NCBI GenBank assembly: GCA_964416505.1
Contig: CAYQEJ010000002.1
Span: 968 to 64,967 of the forward strand
Direction: 5' to 3'
DNA: 64,000 nucleotides
Source: an uncultured Gammaproteobacteria bacterium
Lineage (GTDB): Bacteria > Patescibacteriota > Microgenomatia > Levybacterales > UBA12049
The notes under the pieces were generated by a model, which worked only from the letters and a program-made list of their open reading frames with translations, was not told the origin of the DNA and did no database searches. Shown in pieces: positions 38,772-51,704 of the stretch. How positions within the stretch are numbered: the stretch's first letter is position 1; the number at the start of each line of letters is the position of its first letter. Both the position numbers and the translations under genes were made by a program.

Positions 38772-39323
38772 ATGAGTAAAGAAAATTTATTGCACCAAGA
38801 AGATGACTTTAGAAGTGAATTCCGAAGACATTTTCCGTCAGGAACAATAATTCCATTAGAAGCTTCACAAATTAGAGATAGAAGGGTAAGACGTTATTTT
38901 AGAATGGACGACCCAACGGAAGGTGGAGGAGATTTAAATTTTGCAGTTCGACATCCAGATGAAAGCACAACTTATGCTTTTGCAACATATGACCCTGACA
39001 CAACCGTAGTGGGCGAAATGGGTTTTATAGATATAAGTCCCCGTGGACTAGTAGCAGGTTATGGATCAATGATGTTTGGCTGGATAGGTGAAAACGCTGA
39101 GCAACTAATAGCAGAAGTAAGGTGGACAGACACCGTAAGACACATGAGAAGAAGGGGACTTGGAACCAGAAGGCTAGAACTGATGAATGCGTTCGCAAGA
39201 ACTTTTCGCGGTGTTCCTCTTCAATCCGATTGGCCAACTGAATCAGCAACTGGAGTATGGCAAAAACTTGTTAATCAGGAAAGAGCCACAACTACAGAAC
39301 ATGGAGATTTTATTTTCCGCTAG
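38772..39323 (+). CDS. GNAT-family N-acetyltransferase-like protein (cassette 1)
   Basis: Acetyl-CoA-binding motif HMRRRGLGTRRLELMNAFAR (R/Q-x-x-G-x-G/A). TATAAT 7 nt before ATG. GC about 42%. Confidence 0.45.
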   Translation: MSKENLLHQEDDFRSEFRRHFPSGTIIPLEASQIRDRRVRRYFRMDDPTEGGGDLNFAVRHPDESTTYAFATYDPDTTVVGEMGFIDISPRGLVAGYGSMMFGWIGENAEQLIAEVRWTDTVRHMRRRGLGTRRLELMNAFARTFRGVPLQSDWPTESATGVWQKLVNQERATTTEHGDFIFR

Positions 39324-39374
39324 ATATACGCCAACCCCCGCCTCGCATTAGAGAACTTATTTCTAAACCTATAG
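39324..39374 (+). repeat. holB 3'-tail copy B (encodes IYANPRLALENLFLNL* in frame after the cassette-1 stop)
   Basis: 43/47 nt identical to holB 38663-38710. Followed by TTTAGCCTCA and a TATAAT box. Confidence 0.7.
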
Positions 39375-39409
39375 TTTATTTTTAGCCTCACTTCTGATAT
39401 AATTTCGCG

Positions 39410-40036
39410 ATGCATGAACTTGGCCCACGTCCAGGAGTAGACCAGAGATCTCAACAGAGCAGAAGAGACTTTCTCAAAAACGCTGCAAGATTTTCTACTG
39501 GTATAGTTATCGCAAGTGCGCTTCCGGAAATCGAAAAACCGGCTTTTGGTGAATTGAGCAGAATAACTGCTGATGTTACAAGAAAACAAACAGGAAATTC
39601 TGGATTTAGAGATAACATTCTTGAACAGTGTAAAAATAGCCCTGATATACAACAGTGCAGTACGGATTATTTACGCTCACCTGACACTCAGCTATTAACT
39701 GTAGTTTTTGCGCCGATAAATGAAGAATTTCAATACAGAGCGGTGCCATCTTTATTGGTCAGTGCAACTGACAAAAACACAAAAAATCCCTTTAAGGATT
39801 TAGCTGTTGGAACTGGAGGCTTTAAATTTAGCAGAAGAGAACTCGTGGCGGGTGCCATAACTACATTAACTTTCGGATTTTTACATAACGTAACAAATAA
39901 GGGCTTCGACACAAATACAATTCCTGTATCTCAGCTAGCTCTAGGAGCTGTAAATTGGGTATTACAAAGAAGATTTGGAGCACTGGCTCCGATAATTAAT
40001 CATGCTCGATGGAATTATAAGTTTAACAACGAATAA
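39410..40036 (+). CDS. Tat-signal secreted hypothetical protein (cassette 2)
   Basis: Twin-arginine signal SRRDFLKNAARFSTGIVIASALP. Hydrophobic C-terminal region. Confidence 0.45.
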   Translation: MHELGPRPGVDQRSQQSRRDFLKNAARFSTGIVIASALPEIEKPAFGELSRITADVTRKQTGNSGFRDNILEQCKNSPDIQQCSTDYLRSPDTQLLTVVFAPINEEFQYRAVPSLLVSATDKNTKNPFKDLAVGTGGFKFSRRELVAGAITTLTFGFLHNVTNKGFDTNTIPVSQLALGAVNWVLQRRFGALAPIINHARWNYKFNNE

Positions 40037-40045
40037 ACTTATTCC

Positions 40046-40093
40046 TACGCCAATCCTCGCCTCGCCCTCGAAAACCTTTTCCTAAATATTTGA
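40046..40093 (+). repeat. holB 3'-tail copy C (YANPRLALENLFLNI*) fused to TTGACA-N17-TATAAT promoter
   Basis: Differs from holB mostly at synonymous positions (gca tta to gcc ctc, cta ttt cta to ctt ttc cta). Its TGA stop is the TGA of TTGACA (40090-40095). TATAAT at 40113-40118 lies 5 nt before the ATG at 40124. Confidence 0.7.
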
Positions 40094-40123
40094 CACCTAA
40101 TTATCCTGTAGTATAATTACGCT

Positions 40124-41281
40124 ATGGGAAACGAGGGGAACATAAGACCTATTAATCCTAAGGATGCAGCATTTATCTCAAGATTAAGAACTATCGCATC
40201 TCCAACTCCTGTTGTAATTGAGCCATCAATAACTCCTAAAAATCCAGATGCTCCCGATAGAGAAAGGGCAATAAAAGCAACTTTCGAAGCAGCAAATCAA
40301 GCTGTGGGCACTATGCGTCTTGCAGAAGAAATAAGAGACCATCTACTCCCAGGCTGGAGCGTTGAAACGATAGACTCTACCTCTTTAGGATATCAAACAA
40401 GCTATCGTTTTAGTGAACATTCCCCACGTCATGAAGGAGAAGAAATGAGATTTTCTTTTTTTGGAGCAATATTAAAAAATTCCATGGAAGGAAAAGTCAT
40501 CGCAGTAGGATTCGCAGGAGATCCATTCAGTGATTATATATTTGGTCCAGAAGATATCGATAGGGGATTTACTGGTTTATCTTTTGGAGTTTCCTATGCG
40601 GAAGGTAAACCAAATTCAGATACAAATACACTCGCCGAAGCAATAAATGCAATTAGAGGAATAGGGATTGAAGATGTGCGTCATGAACCAGAGCCTAGAT
40701 ATAGATATTTTGACACAACATCGAGGGTAGTCCTTGGTAAAAGATCAAGACAAAGCATAAAATCTAATGAAGAAACTCCGACTGAAGATCAAAGTGATTT
40801 TAATCCTGAAAGTGGAGCTATATTAAAAGACTATTACCCAGCAGAAGGAATGTATGTAGAAAAATTAAGACAAGTTATGGAAGATGGACTCGCAGCAGTT
40901 TTTGAACTACAACCTAATTTACCAGTCCAAGAAAGAAATCGAGAGCTTACACCACATATAATAGACGTTATTAGACAGACCATGTCTCATTATGCTAGCC
41001 TAGGAGCAATGAATGATCGACCCTATGGAGATATTGGAGGCCAATATATAGCTGCAACCGAACGGGGCTACGGAAATTATTTGTCATCCATAACTAGCCT
41101 TCAAGAAGTTGTAACAAAATGGTGGATGGAGGGAGCAGCAAGAATTAGATCTCTTAGAGAGAGCAGGCCTTTGATAATTCCATCAGGAGGAGGAAGATAC
41201 CATACGCCTCCTTCTCCTACATTCCTAGGTCAACCCATAATTCATATTGAAAGACCCTTTGATCCGGATTCTGCCGACTAA
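40124..41281 (+). CDS. hypothetical protein (385 aa, cassette 3)
   Basis: Long ORF with a leaderless-type promoter. No family recognised. Confidence 0.4.
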   Translation: MGNEGNIRPINPKDAAFISRLRTIASPTPVVIEPSITPKNPDAPDRERAIKATFEAANQAVGTMRLAEEIRDHLLPGWSVETIDSTSLGYQTSYRFSEHSPRHEGEEMRFSFFGAILKNSMEGKVIAVGFAGDPFSDYIFGPEDIDRGFTGLSFGVSYAEGKPNSDTNTLAEAINAIRGIGIEDVRHEPEPRYRYFDTTSRVVLGKRSRQSIKSNEETPTEDQSDFNPESGAILKDYYPAEGMYVEKLRQVMEDGLAAVFELQPNLPVQERNRELTPHIIDVIRQTMSHYASLGAMNDRPYGDIGGQYIAATERGYGNYLSSITSLQEVVTKWWMEGAARIRSLRESRPLIIPSGGGRYHTPPSPTFLGQPIIHIERPFDPDSAD

Positions 41282-41311
41282 TCAAAAATTGCTTAAATTC
41301 CCTTTAAATAT

Positions 41312-41342
41312 TAGCCTCGCAAGGCCAGACCTTGCGAGGCTA
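41312..41342. repeat. palindromic hairpin element H2 (TAGCCTCGCAAGG-ccaga-CCTTGCGAGGCTA)
   Basis: 12-bp perfect inverted repeat with 5-nt loop. Contains the TAGCCTC motif in both arms. Confidence 0.6.
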
Positions 41343-41385
41343 TTTGATAATTGAAATAGGGAGATGTATACTACAGGACAATAAA

Positions 41386-42165
41386 ATGTCCAGAGATATT
41401 TACGATCAATTTAGAGCTGCTCAAGAAGCATTAGCTGTAAAAGCAGCAGAAGAAGCAAGAAGATTAAATGAAGCTGCACAAAGAGCAGCTGACGTAGAGG
41501 CTGCAAAAAAAGCTGAAGTAATTAGGGCAGCCAATGAAAAACAACGCTTAAGAGATGAAAAAGTAGCCGCGCAAAGAAAAGAACTAGAACCTGTTGCCCA
41601 ACAACTTCAGGAAATTTTGGAAGCCATTAAAAATCATGATCCAAGGATTCAGGCAGCAAGAGAAAAAGATGTTGCACTAACAACTGCAATTATTGGACAA
41701 ATTGATGATCCTAGATTGTTATTTGTTCTATTCCTAAGATGGGGAAATAAATTTGGGTTATCCCCACAGGAAGTACATCAACTAGAACATCCTAAAAAAG
41801 GACTCATAGCAAAATATTTAGGAGAAGAAACTCCAGACAAAATAATCGGTGAAGATTTCCAGCAGGTAACAGTAACTCTAGGCGTTGACTGGATAAGCAC
41901 TGTGTCCGAACATGGCTTAGCTCCTAGACTAAAAACAGAAGACTTTATTGGAGACAATTCGTTAGTTTTTCCTACGCTGGCTACTGCTATCGAACATCCT
42001 ATGAGTAGATTTGAGTCTTTTGAACTTTTTAACAACAAATATTCAGATACAAAACATTATCAACGAAGAGATAGACAGGGTAGAGGATGGGATATGAGTT
42101 CTGTAGATTTATTTGGAAGAAGAGAATTTGAAAATCAACCTCAAGATCCTGGTGATTCATGGTAA
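41386..42165 (+). CDS. hypothetical coiled-coil protein (cassette 4)
   Basis: Start taken at MSRDIY. A 6-codon uORF, MYTTGQ*, precedes it. N-terminal Ala/Glu/Lys-rich coiled coil. Confidence 0.4.
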   Translation: MSRDIYDQFRAAQEALAVKAAEEARRLNEAAQRAADVEAAKKAEVIRAANEKQRLRDEKVAAQRKELEPVAQQLQEILEAIKNHDPRIQAAREKDVALTTAIIGQIDDPRLLFVLFLRWGNKFGLSPQEVHQLEHPKKGLIAKYLGEETPDKIIGEDFQQVTVTLGVDWISTVSEHGLAPRLKTEDFIGDNSLVFPTLATAIEHPMSRFESFELFNNKYSDTKHYQRRDRQGRGWDMSSVDLFGRREFENQPQDPGDSW

Positions 42166-42178
42166 AACTTTCTTTTCC

Positions 42179-42223
42179 GCCAACCCCCGCCTCACCCTCG
42201 AAAATCTATTTCCAATTATTTGA
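42179..42223 (+). repeat. holB 3'-tail copy D (ANPRLTLENLFPII*) fused to a TTGACAcc -35 element
   Basis: More diverged copy. Again ends in the TGA of TTGACA (42220-42225), followed by hairpin H3 (42246-42270, CGCAAGG-tctgg-CCTTGCG + AGGCTA). Confidence 0.65.
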
Positions 42224-42287
42224 CACCTAAATATCCTGTAGCCACGCAAGGTCTGGCCTTGCGAGGCTAAGAAAAATGTAAAAATTC

Positions 42288-42887
42288 CTAGACTCGGAAG
42301 CCTTCGCTTCTTAAAGCCACTTTGTTTAATTCTACCGTAGCTCGATCGGTTGTAAAATATGGCCGATTAACTGTAATTATCGCACTTCCTCGTGCATGAT
42401 GTTCATAACCTCGGGTTAATTCATGCCAAGTAGTAACATGAGGAACTAGAGGAGACCTGATTGGGACAAGATCGTATATAGTAGCCTGCTCATACCCAGA
42501 GGGATCCTCAAAAATTAAGGTATCAGGAGAAGTTCTTGGAAAAACCCCAAGCTGAAAACCGAGATCAAGTACTACATCTGAGGTAAAACCTCTTTCTCCT
42601 GTAATCTCGGGTATTACTTTTCTGAATGTATCGCTAAATTCTCCCTCTCCCCAAATTAGCTTAGCGCCAGAGACCAGAAGGGCTCCTGGTTTCTTAGTGG
42701 CTGCTAGTTCCCTTATTCTTCTTAAAGCTTCTTCAACTGTAACTCCTAGTTCGTATGAACCCCATCCGTCAATTGCGCCTTCATATCCGGGTCTTCCTTC
42801 CCTCATCGCTTCAAGGTCGCGTCTCCTCCAATCAATGTCGAACTCTAAAGAGCCTTGAAATCTTGGGCCACTTTCTACTTGACTCAT
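42288..42887 (-). CDS. hypothetical protein (199 aa)
   Basis: ORF with elevated GC. No motif recognised. Confidence 0.4.
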   Translation of the reverse strand: MSQVESGPRFQGSLEFDIDWRRRDLEAMREGRPGYEGAIDGWGSYELGVTVEEALRRIRELAATKKPGALLVSGAKLIWGEGEFSDTFRKVIPEITGERGFTSDVVLDLGFQLGVFPRTSPDTLIFEDPSGYEQATIYDLVPIRSPLVPHVTTWHELTRGYEHHARGSAIITVNRPYFTTDRATVELNKVALRSEGFRV

Positions 42888-42963
42888 CCTATAATTATAC
42901 CACCGAAAGCCAAATTAGCCTTTTAAATTGACACTAAAGCTGATTTTTGAAACTATCAGATTG

Positions 42964-43344
42964 GTGAATAATTGTAAGTTTTGTAAAAGTCCCACTCAGG
43001 AGAGTTTTTATTTCTGTCCTAATTGTGGAAAGAAAATAAAAGAACCTCCATTTAAGTTTTCGGTGGGGAAGTCTATTACTATTATAATAGGGGCGATTCT
43101 TCTACCTCCTTTTGGAATAATTCCGGGAATTCGATATTTCCTGAAAGATGACAGACGGGCGCAATTTGTGGGAGTAACTACAATTGTTGTTACTATAATT
43201 ATGTCAGTCTTAGCAGTTTTGTTTACGATAAATTTAGTTAATGGATTTTCAAAATCATACAACGATATTCTAAAACTCCAAGGAGGCGCACCAGCATCCA
43301 CAAATCAAAAAGATATCTTAAATCAAATCCAAGATCTTCAATAG
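42964..43344 (+). CDS. zinc-ribbon membrane protein. GTG start inferred.
   Basis: CKFCKSP...CPNCGKK zinc ribbon followed by two TM helices. The track's TTG start is the -35 TTGACA. Start low confidence. Confidence 0.4.
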   Translation: MNNCKFCKSPTQESFYFCPNCGKKIKEPPFKFSVGKSITIIIGAILLPPFGIIPGIRYFLKDDRRAQFVGVTTIVVTIIMSVLAVLFTINLVNGFSKSYNDILKLQGGAPASTNQKDILNQIQDLQ

Positions 43345-43375
43345 CTTCTTATATTCATTTGGTATAATATCAGGC

Positions 43376-43603
43376 ATGGAAAGACCTGTTTGGATCAGTA
43401 GATCAACGATTAGAAGAACCGACGCTCCCAGATGGGAACCAAAACGAGTAGAACCTATAAATGACATAATTCATAATCATGCAATTCATGAAATCAAAGA
43501 AGAAATGATGCATGAACTATGGGGGAGATATGGGAATGATAGAACTTTTGGAAGATTTGTCGATAGAATAAAAACACAAGAAGGACTTGAAGATCATAGA
43601 TAA
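43376..43603 (+). CDS. hypothetical protein (75 aa)
   Basis: TATAAT 7 nt before the ATG, a leaderless pattern. Confidence 0.4.
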   Translation: MERPVWISRSTIRRTDAPRWEPKRVEPINDIIHNHAIHEIKEEMMHELWGRYGNDRTFGRFVDRIKTQEGLEDHR

Positions 43604-43645
43604 GATCTGGAAACCATTCGTTTTTTTTGCTAAGATAGTCTATAA

Positions 43646-45652
<2,007 letters not shown>

Positions 45653-45709
45653 AAGAATTTGAATAATAATCATTGAGGAGTCAAGCTAAAATTGCTATAA
45701 TATCTTTTT

Positions 45710-47749
45710 ATGGATTTATCTTTCATAATCAGTAATGCCCTAAACCTCTGCTTAGGAGCTGGATTTTTATCCATTCTTTATGGCGCGTATTTAAGCTTTG
45801 TAATCATCAGGAATCCTCGCGGTGATGAAAAAATGAACGCAATAGCAGATGCTATCTCTCAAGGAGCAAATGCTTTTATGAGAAAGCAATATATTGTTAT
45901 CTCTATAATAGGAATTGTTATTCTCGCAGGATTATATTTAATTCTTGGTTCATATACAGCAATTGGTTTTGCAATCGGAGCAATATTTTCTGCACTAGCA
46001 GGAATTTTCGGAATGAGTATTGCCGTAAAAAGCAATATTAGGACTGCGGAAGCTGCAAAATCCGGATTATCAAAAGCATTTGGGATGGCATTTAAAGGCG
46101 GAGCAGTCACAGGACTATTAGTTTGTGGACTTGCTCTTATATCTGTAGCAGGCTTCTATATGTTTCTTAGCTCACAAGATTCCACACCAAACCTACAACC
46201 TTTAGTTGCGCTCGGTTTTGGTGGATCACTTATTTCTGTTTTCGCTAGACTCGGTGGAGGAATATTTACAAAATCTGCTGACGTAGGAACAGATATGGTA
46301 GGAAAGATCGAAAAGGGAATTCCAGAAGATGATCCTAGAAATCCAGGAGTAATCGCTGATTTAGTAGGGGATAACGTTGGAGATGATGCAGGAATGGCAG
46401 CAGATCTATTCGAAACTTATGTAATCACTGCAGTTGCAACAATGATTCTTGGAGATTTAGCATTTAGAGGAAATCAATCAGTTCTACTTTACCCATTATT
46501 AATTGGTGCAATTTCTATAGTTACAAGTATTGTTGGTACTTGGTTTGTAAGAGTCAGAGGAAAATCTATTATGGCAGCTTTATATCAAGGGCTCTTAGTA
46601 TCAGCAGGGCTCGCTTTGGTAGGATTTTACTTCTTAACCAATCTCTTCTTCCCAAATGGACTAGGTGGAATTAGTTCAATGTCTATTTTTATTTCTTCCA
46701 TCATCGGACTCGTTATTACGCTTGGAATGGTAGCAATTACTGAATTCTATACCTCCAAAAAATTTAGTCCTGTTAGAACAATTGCAAATGCTTCGACAAC
46801 TGGACACGGAACAAATGTAATCGCCGGACTAGCAGTATCTATGAAATCTACTCTTCTCCCAATTCTTTTAATCTCAGCTGGAACACTCTTAGCTTACCAA
46901 TTAGCAGGTCTTTATGGAATTGCTATAGCTGCAATGTCTATGCTTTCTCTTACTGGAATCGTTGTGGCAATCGATGCATTCGGACCCATCACAGATAACG
47001 CAGGAGGAATCGTAGAAATGTCAGGCCTTCCTGAAAAAGTAAGAAATGTTACAGATCCGCTTGATGCCGTAGGAAATACTACAAAAGCAGTTACCAAAGC
47101 ATACGCGATTGGTTCTGCAGGACTTGCTGCATTAGTTTTATTTGCAAGCTACACAGAAGAGTTAGTTCATCTTGGAGGAGAAATTACTTCGGCTGCATTC
47201 ACTCTTTCTGATCCAAGAGTAATCATTGGACTTTTCATCGGAGGAGCATTACCTTATTTCTTCGGAGCATTAGCAATGGAAGCAGTTGGAAAAGCTTCAG
47301 TAGCAGTAGTAGATGAAGTAAGACGTCAGTTCAAAGAGATCAAAGGAATTATGACTGGAAAAGCAAAACCAGAATATGCAAAAGCTGTAGATATCGTTAC
47401 AACCGCTGCAATAAAACAGATGATTGTTCCAGCGCTTATTCCAGTAGTTGCCCCTATCTTAGTTGGATTCTTATTGGGACCAAAAGCACTCGGTGGACTT
47501 CTTATCGGATCCATCATAACAGGACTGTTTGTAGGAATTTCAATGACTACAGGTGGAGCTGCATGGGATAATACGAAAAAATACATCGAAGAAGGAAAAC
47601 TAGGTGGAAAAGGAAGCTTTGCTCATCAAGCAGCAGTCACCGGAGACACAGTAGGAGATCCATACAAAGACACAGCCGGACCAGCAATCAACCCAATGAT
47701 TAAAGTACTAAACATCGTAGCATTATTAATTGCTTCATTTTTAGTTTAA
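45710..47749 (+). CDS. hppA: membrane-bound proton-translocating pyrophosphatase
   Basis: About 15 TM helices with signature [21 protein letters not shown] and [18 protein letters not shown]. Confidence 0.9.
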   Translation: MDLSFIISNALNLCLGAGFLSILYGAYLSFVIIRNPRGDEKMNAIADAISQGANAFMRKQYIVISIIGIVILAGLYLILGSYTAIGFAIGAIFSALAGIFGMSIAVKSNIRTAEAAKSGLSKAFGMAFKGGAVTGLLVCGLALISVAGFYMFLSSQDSTPNLQPLVALGFGGSLISVFARLGGGIFTKSADVGTDMVGKIEKGIPEDDPRNPGVIADLVGDNVGDDAGMAADLFETYVITAVATMILGDLAFRGNQSVLLYPLLIGAISIVTSIVGTWFVRVRGKSIMAALYQGLLVSAGLALVGFYFLTNLFFPNGLGGISSMSIFISSIIGLVITLGMVAITEFYTSKKFSPVRTIANASTTGHGTNVIAGLAVSMKSTLLPILLISAGTLLAYQLAGLYGIAIAAMSMLSLTGIVVAIDAFGPITDNAGGIVEMSGLPEKVRNVTDPLDAVGNTTKAVTKAYAIGSAGLAALVLFASYTEELVHLGGEITSAAFTLSDPRVIIGLFIGGALPYFFGALAMEAVGKASVAVVDEVRRQFKEIKGIMTGKAKPEYAKAVDIVTTAAIKQMIVPALIPVVAPILVGFLLGPKALGGLLIGSIITGLFVGISMTTGGAAWDNTKKYIEEGKLGGKGSFAHQAAVTGDTVGDPYKDTAGPAINPMIKVLNIVALLIASFLV

Positions 47750-47833
47750 TTACTAATCTTTCCTCAAAATCAAACAAATTTTGAAGGAATGAAACGGCCG
47801 AAAAGCCGAAGGCAATAACCTTATTTCGACGAC

Positions 47834-50296
47834 ATGGCTGACATAGGAAAACTTCACCAGACAGAAATCACCAGCGAGATGAAAAGAGCGTATTTAGATT
47901 ACGCTATGTCAGTTATCGTCTCCCGCGCACTCCCAGATGTCAGAGACGGCCTAAAACCAGTACATAGAAGAATTCTCTTTGCTATGGATGAGCTGGGCCT
48001 TTCTCATAGTGCAAAATATTCCAAGAGTGCAAAAATAGTTGGAGAAGTAATGGGAAAATATCATCCGCATGGAGATATGGCTATTTATGATGCACTCGTA
48101 CGTCTTGCTCAAGATTTTTCTATGAGATATCCACTTATCGACGGGCAGGGAAATTTTGGCTCCATGGATGGAGATCCACCTGCTGCTATGCGTTACACAG
48201 AAGCCAGAATGTCATCGATTACAGCTGAAATGCTTCATGACATTGAAAAAGAAACGGTAGAATTTATAAATAACTTCGATGCTACACTTCAGGAACCAAA
48301 CTATCTCCCTGCAAAGCTTCCAAATCTTTTATTAATGGGTTCAGAGGGAATTGCTGTAGGAATGGCCACAAAAATTCCACCACATAATCTTGGAGAAATA
48401 ATCGATGCCGTAAATTACATGATAGGAAAAACCAAGGTAAATCCAGATCCAATTTCCGTCACCTCAGATGTTACAGTTGATGAGCTTCTAGAATTTATAA
48501 AAGGTCCAGATTTTCCAACGGCAGGAAGTATCTATGACATAACTGAAATTAAAAATGTCTACACAACAGGACGCGGGAAGATTCTAATTCGAGGAAAAGC
48601 AGATATCGAAGAAATCGGTCAGGGAAAATCCGCAATTATAATCACGGAACTTCCATATCAGGTTAATAAGGCCCTTTTAGTAGCAAGAATTGCAGAGCTA
48701 GTAAGAGAAAAAAAGATTGAAGGAATTTCCGACCTTAGAGACGAATCAGATCGACATGGAATCAGAGTTGTAGTTGAACTTAAAAGAGACTCTTCACCCA
48801 AGAGAGTACTTAATAATTTGTTTAAGTACACAAGTCTTCAAACTACATTTCCAGCAAATATTGTGGCACTTGTAGACAACACACCACAAACATTAAATCT
48901 TAAAACGATTCTTGAAGAATACATAAAACACAGATATATAGTTGTTAAAAAACGCTCTGAATTTGAACTCAAACAGGCAAAAGCACGCCTTCATATTTTA
49001 GAAGGACTCAAAATCGCTGTTGACAATTTAGATGCAGTAATTAAAACAATAAGAGAGTCTAAGACTCAAGATGATGCTAAGGAAAACTTAATGAAAAAAT
49101 TCAAGCTATCTGAGCTTCAGGCAGTAGCAATACTCGACCTTCAACTTCGTCGACTTGCAGCTCTTGAAAGACAAAAAATAGAGGACGAATATCAGATGGT
49201 TAAAGAAACTATCGCATACCTGGAAGATCTTTTAGCACATCCTGAGAAAATCTTAAAAGTCATAAAAGATGAATGCGACTATCTTAAGGAAAAGTATGCG
49301 GATGAAAGAAGAACAAAAGTTTATAAAGGAAAAGTTGGAGAATTCTCCGAAGAAGATCTTATTCCAAATGAACCAACAGTTATAACGCTTACTACTACTG
49401 GATACATAAAAAGACAAAGCTTAACCAGCTTCAGAACTCAACAAAGGGGAGGGAAGGGAGTTAAAGGCATGACCACTAAGGATGAGGATGGAATTATGAA
49501 TATCAGATCTACTATGACACATGATAATATACTATTCTTTACAAATAGAGGCAAAGTTTATCAAACAAAAGCTTATGAAATAGATGAATCTTCAAGAACA
49601 AGTAAAGGAACTGCAGTAGTGAATTTAATCAACATTGAATCCGGAGAAAAAGTAGAATCATTTATTACATACAATAAGGATGATCAATTCAAATATATTT
49701 TCCTAACTACCAGAAATGGTACTGTTAAAAAAACTGCAAAATCAGAATTTGAAAATATCAGAAAATCAGGAATCGTAGCAATAAAACTTGATAAAGGAGA
49801 CGAGCTTGCATGGAGCAATCCTACAACAGGCGCAGATGACATATTAGTCTATACAAGAAACGGAAAGTGCATCAGGTTTGACGAGAAATCAATTAGACCT
49901 CTAGGAAGAGCCACTATGGGTGTTCGAGGAATTAAGCTGTCAGGAGATGACATGGTAGTAGGAATGGACGTAGTTACCAAAGATGCAAATCCAGAGCTTT
50001 TAACTATCATGGAAAATGGGTACGGAAAGAGAACCTTAGTTAAAGAGTTCAACGCGCAAAGTAGAGGAGGAATGGGAGTAAAAATCGCTGAAGTAACTAC
50101 AAAAACAGGGAAAGTAGCATCCTCTCAAATTATTCCAACGAATGCAAAAGAAGTTATTATCACTTCTATCAAAGGTCAGGTCGTAAGACTAGAAATAAAT
50201 TCAATACCAAAACTTTCACGCGCGACTCAAGGAGTAATTCTTATGAGATTTTCTAAACAAGACGATAAAATCGCAGCCATAACTTGCGTAGAATGA
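47834..50296 (+). CDS. gyrA: DNA gyrase subunit A
   Basis: [16 protein letters not shown], active-site Tyr region [11 protein letters not shown]-terminal beta-pinwheel repeats. Confidence 0.95.
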   Translation: MADIGKLHQTEITSEMKRAYLDYAMSVIVSRALPDVRDGLKPVHRRILFAMDELGLSHSAKYSKSAKIVGEVMGKYHPHGDMAIYDALVRLAQDFSMRYPLIDGQGNFGSMDGDPPAAMRYTEARMSSITAEMLHDIEKETVEFINNFDATLQEPNYLPAKLPNLLLMGSEGIAVGMATKIPPHNLGEIIDAVNYMIGKTKVNPDPISVTSDVTVDELLEFIKGPDFPTAGSIYDITEIKNVYTTGRGKILIRGKADIEEIGQGKSAIIITELPYQVNKALLVARIAELVREKKIEGISDLRDESDRHGIRVVVELKRDSSPKRVLNNLFKYTSLQTTFPANIVALVDNTPQTLNLKTILEEYIKHRYIVVKKRSEFELKQAKARLHILEGLKIAVDNLDAVIKTIRESKTQDDAKENLMKKFKLSELQAVAILDLQLRRLAALERQKIEDEYQMVKETIAYLEDLLAHPEKILKVIKDECDYLKEKYADERRTKVYKGKVGEFSEEDLIPNEPTVITLTTTGYIKRQSLTSFRTQQRGGKGVKGMTTKDEDGIMNIRSTMTHDNILFFTNRGKVYQTKAYEIDESSRTSKGTAVVNLINIESGEKVESFITYNKDDQFKYIFLTTRNGTVKKTAKSEFENIRKSGIVAIKLDKGDELAWSNPTTGADDILVYTRNGKCIRFDEKSIRPLGRATMGVRGIKLSGDDMVVGMDVVTKDANPELLTIMENGYGKRTLVKEFNAQSRGGMGVKIAEVTTKTGKVASSQIIPTNAKEVIITSIKGQVVRLEINSIPKLSRATQGVILMRFSKQDDKIAAITCVE

Positions 50297-51135
50297 AACT
50301 AGACGGTAAAACAATTTCTTCCAATATACTAATTGAACTAGAAAAGCGTGTAGAAGTTCTCAAGAAAAAAAACACAGTGCCCACAATGGCCATAATCCTT
50401 ATGGGAGACAATGAGGCTTCTAAGATCTATGTCAACCAAAAAAGATTAAAAGCAGAAGCAATAGGAGCTAAAGTAGATATTTATCCAACATCAAACGAAA
50501 CCACGCAAGAAGAATTGGAAAAACTTATCAAGAAGCTTGATAAAAATCCTAAAATACATGGAATAATCATTCAACGTCCAGCTGGACCAAATGTCGATGC
50601 TGATAAGTTGACTGAATTAATTTCAGGAAAAAAGGAAATTGACGGATTTGGTTCACACTCAGAATACCCAGTTCCAGTTGCCGAAGCTTCACTTCTTATG
50701 ATTCAGGAAGCGTTCGAGACGAATAAACAAAAGAAAGGTTTTTCCAGTTGGCTTAAAAATCAAAAAATCGCTGTAATTGGAAAGGGAGAAACAGCAGGAA
50801 AACCTATTATCAATTTGCTTGAAAAGAATGGAGTCATTCCTACAGTTATTGATTCAAAAACAGAAAACAAAGAAAAAAAACTCAAAGAAGCAGATATTAT
50901 TATCACCGCTGTCGGAAAAACTATTCTTTCAACTAAGCAATTTAAAAAGGGCGCAATTCTTATCGGAGTCGGCCTCTACACTGATGAAAATGGAAAACTA
51001 AGAGGCGACTACAATAATTCTGACGTTGAAAATGTGGCAAGCTTTTACTCCCCAACCCCTGGTGGAGTAGGACCTGTAAATGTTGCATGCCTTTTAGAAA
51101 ATTTAATCAAAGCTGCAGAAAATCAATCCAAATAA
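50284..51135 (+). CDS. folD: bifunctional methylenetetrahydrofolate dehydrogenase/cyclohydrolase
   Basis: [15 protein letters not shown]..., [37 protein letters not shown]. Confidence 0.85.
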   Translation: MRRMKLDGKTISSNILIELEKRVEVLKKKNTVPTMAIILMGDNEASKIYVNQKRLKAEAIGAKVDIYPTSNETTQEELEKLIKKLDKNPKIHGIIIQRPAGPNVDADKLTELISGKKEIDGFGSHSEYPVPVAEASLLMIQEAFETNKQKKGFSSWLKNQKIAVIGKGETAGKPIINLLEKNGVIPTVIDSKTENKEKKLKEADIIITAVGKTILSTKQFKKGAILIGVGLYTDENGKLRGDYNNSDVENVASFYSPTPGGVGPVNVACLLENLIKAAENQSK

Positions 51136-51227
51136 CCTCTAGTTAGACTTTATAGTTGATAAACATTGATCTATCAATCTAATTTTTATTGACATCATAA
51201 CTTATAGTGTGCTAGAATCCGCAAACA

Positions 51228-51647
51228 ATGAAAAACACTGATAATTTTGAAATAAACTACTGGGGGAAAGACTTCCAAAATATTTACACAGAAGAGGATT
51301 ATTTACCCAAAAGAACTTTTAAACAAAAGCTTTTAATAGTAGTTTCATTCATTTCTGTTTTAGCAATCTTACCAACAACTATATTTACGATCACCACAAT
51401 TAATCAGAATAACGGCGAAAAAATTTCTAGCGCGATCGAAGCTCCAATCCCATCTCCAACTAAAGACGCGGAAATTACTCCAAAAATCGCGAGACCTGAT
51501 GCAGTGGAGATAATTAATAATGATAGTTATTGGAAAATAAGTAAGCGCGCTTGTGGAACAGGTAAATATTACCTTTCTATTCAAGAACAAAATGAAGGAA
51601 AAGCATTATATAAAGGTGAATTTGTAAAAGTAGATTGCTCCCTGTAA
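51228..51647 (+). CDS. hypothetical membrane-anchored protein
   Basis: One TM (LLIVVSFISVLAILPTTIFTI). Confidence 0.4.
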   Translation: MKNTDNFEINYWGKDFQNIYTEEDYLPKRTFKQKLLIVVSFISVLAILPTTIFTITTINQNNGEKISSAIEAPIPSPTKDAEITPKIARPDAVEIINNDSYWKISKRACGTGKYYLSIQEQNEGKALYKGEFVKVDCSL

Positions 51648-51704
51648 GTTAGATTGTCCTCTCTTGACAAACTCCTCCTCAATGTTTCAAGATAAATGTA
51701 TACC

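Noticed and set aside
38663-42270. Possibility that the repeated 45-nt holB-tail copies and hairpins are a CRISPR array
   Set aside because: Spacing between copies is 650-2100 bp and filled with full-length genes. Repeats are coding-derived and diverge synonymously. No cas genes are present. This is not CRISPR architecture.
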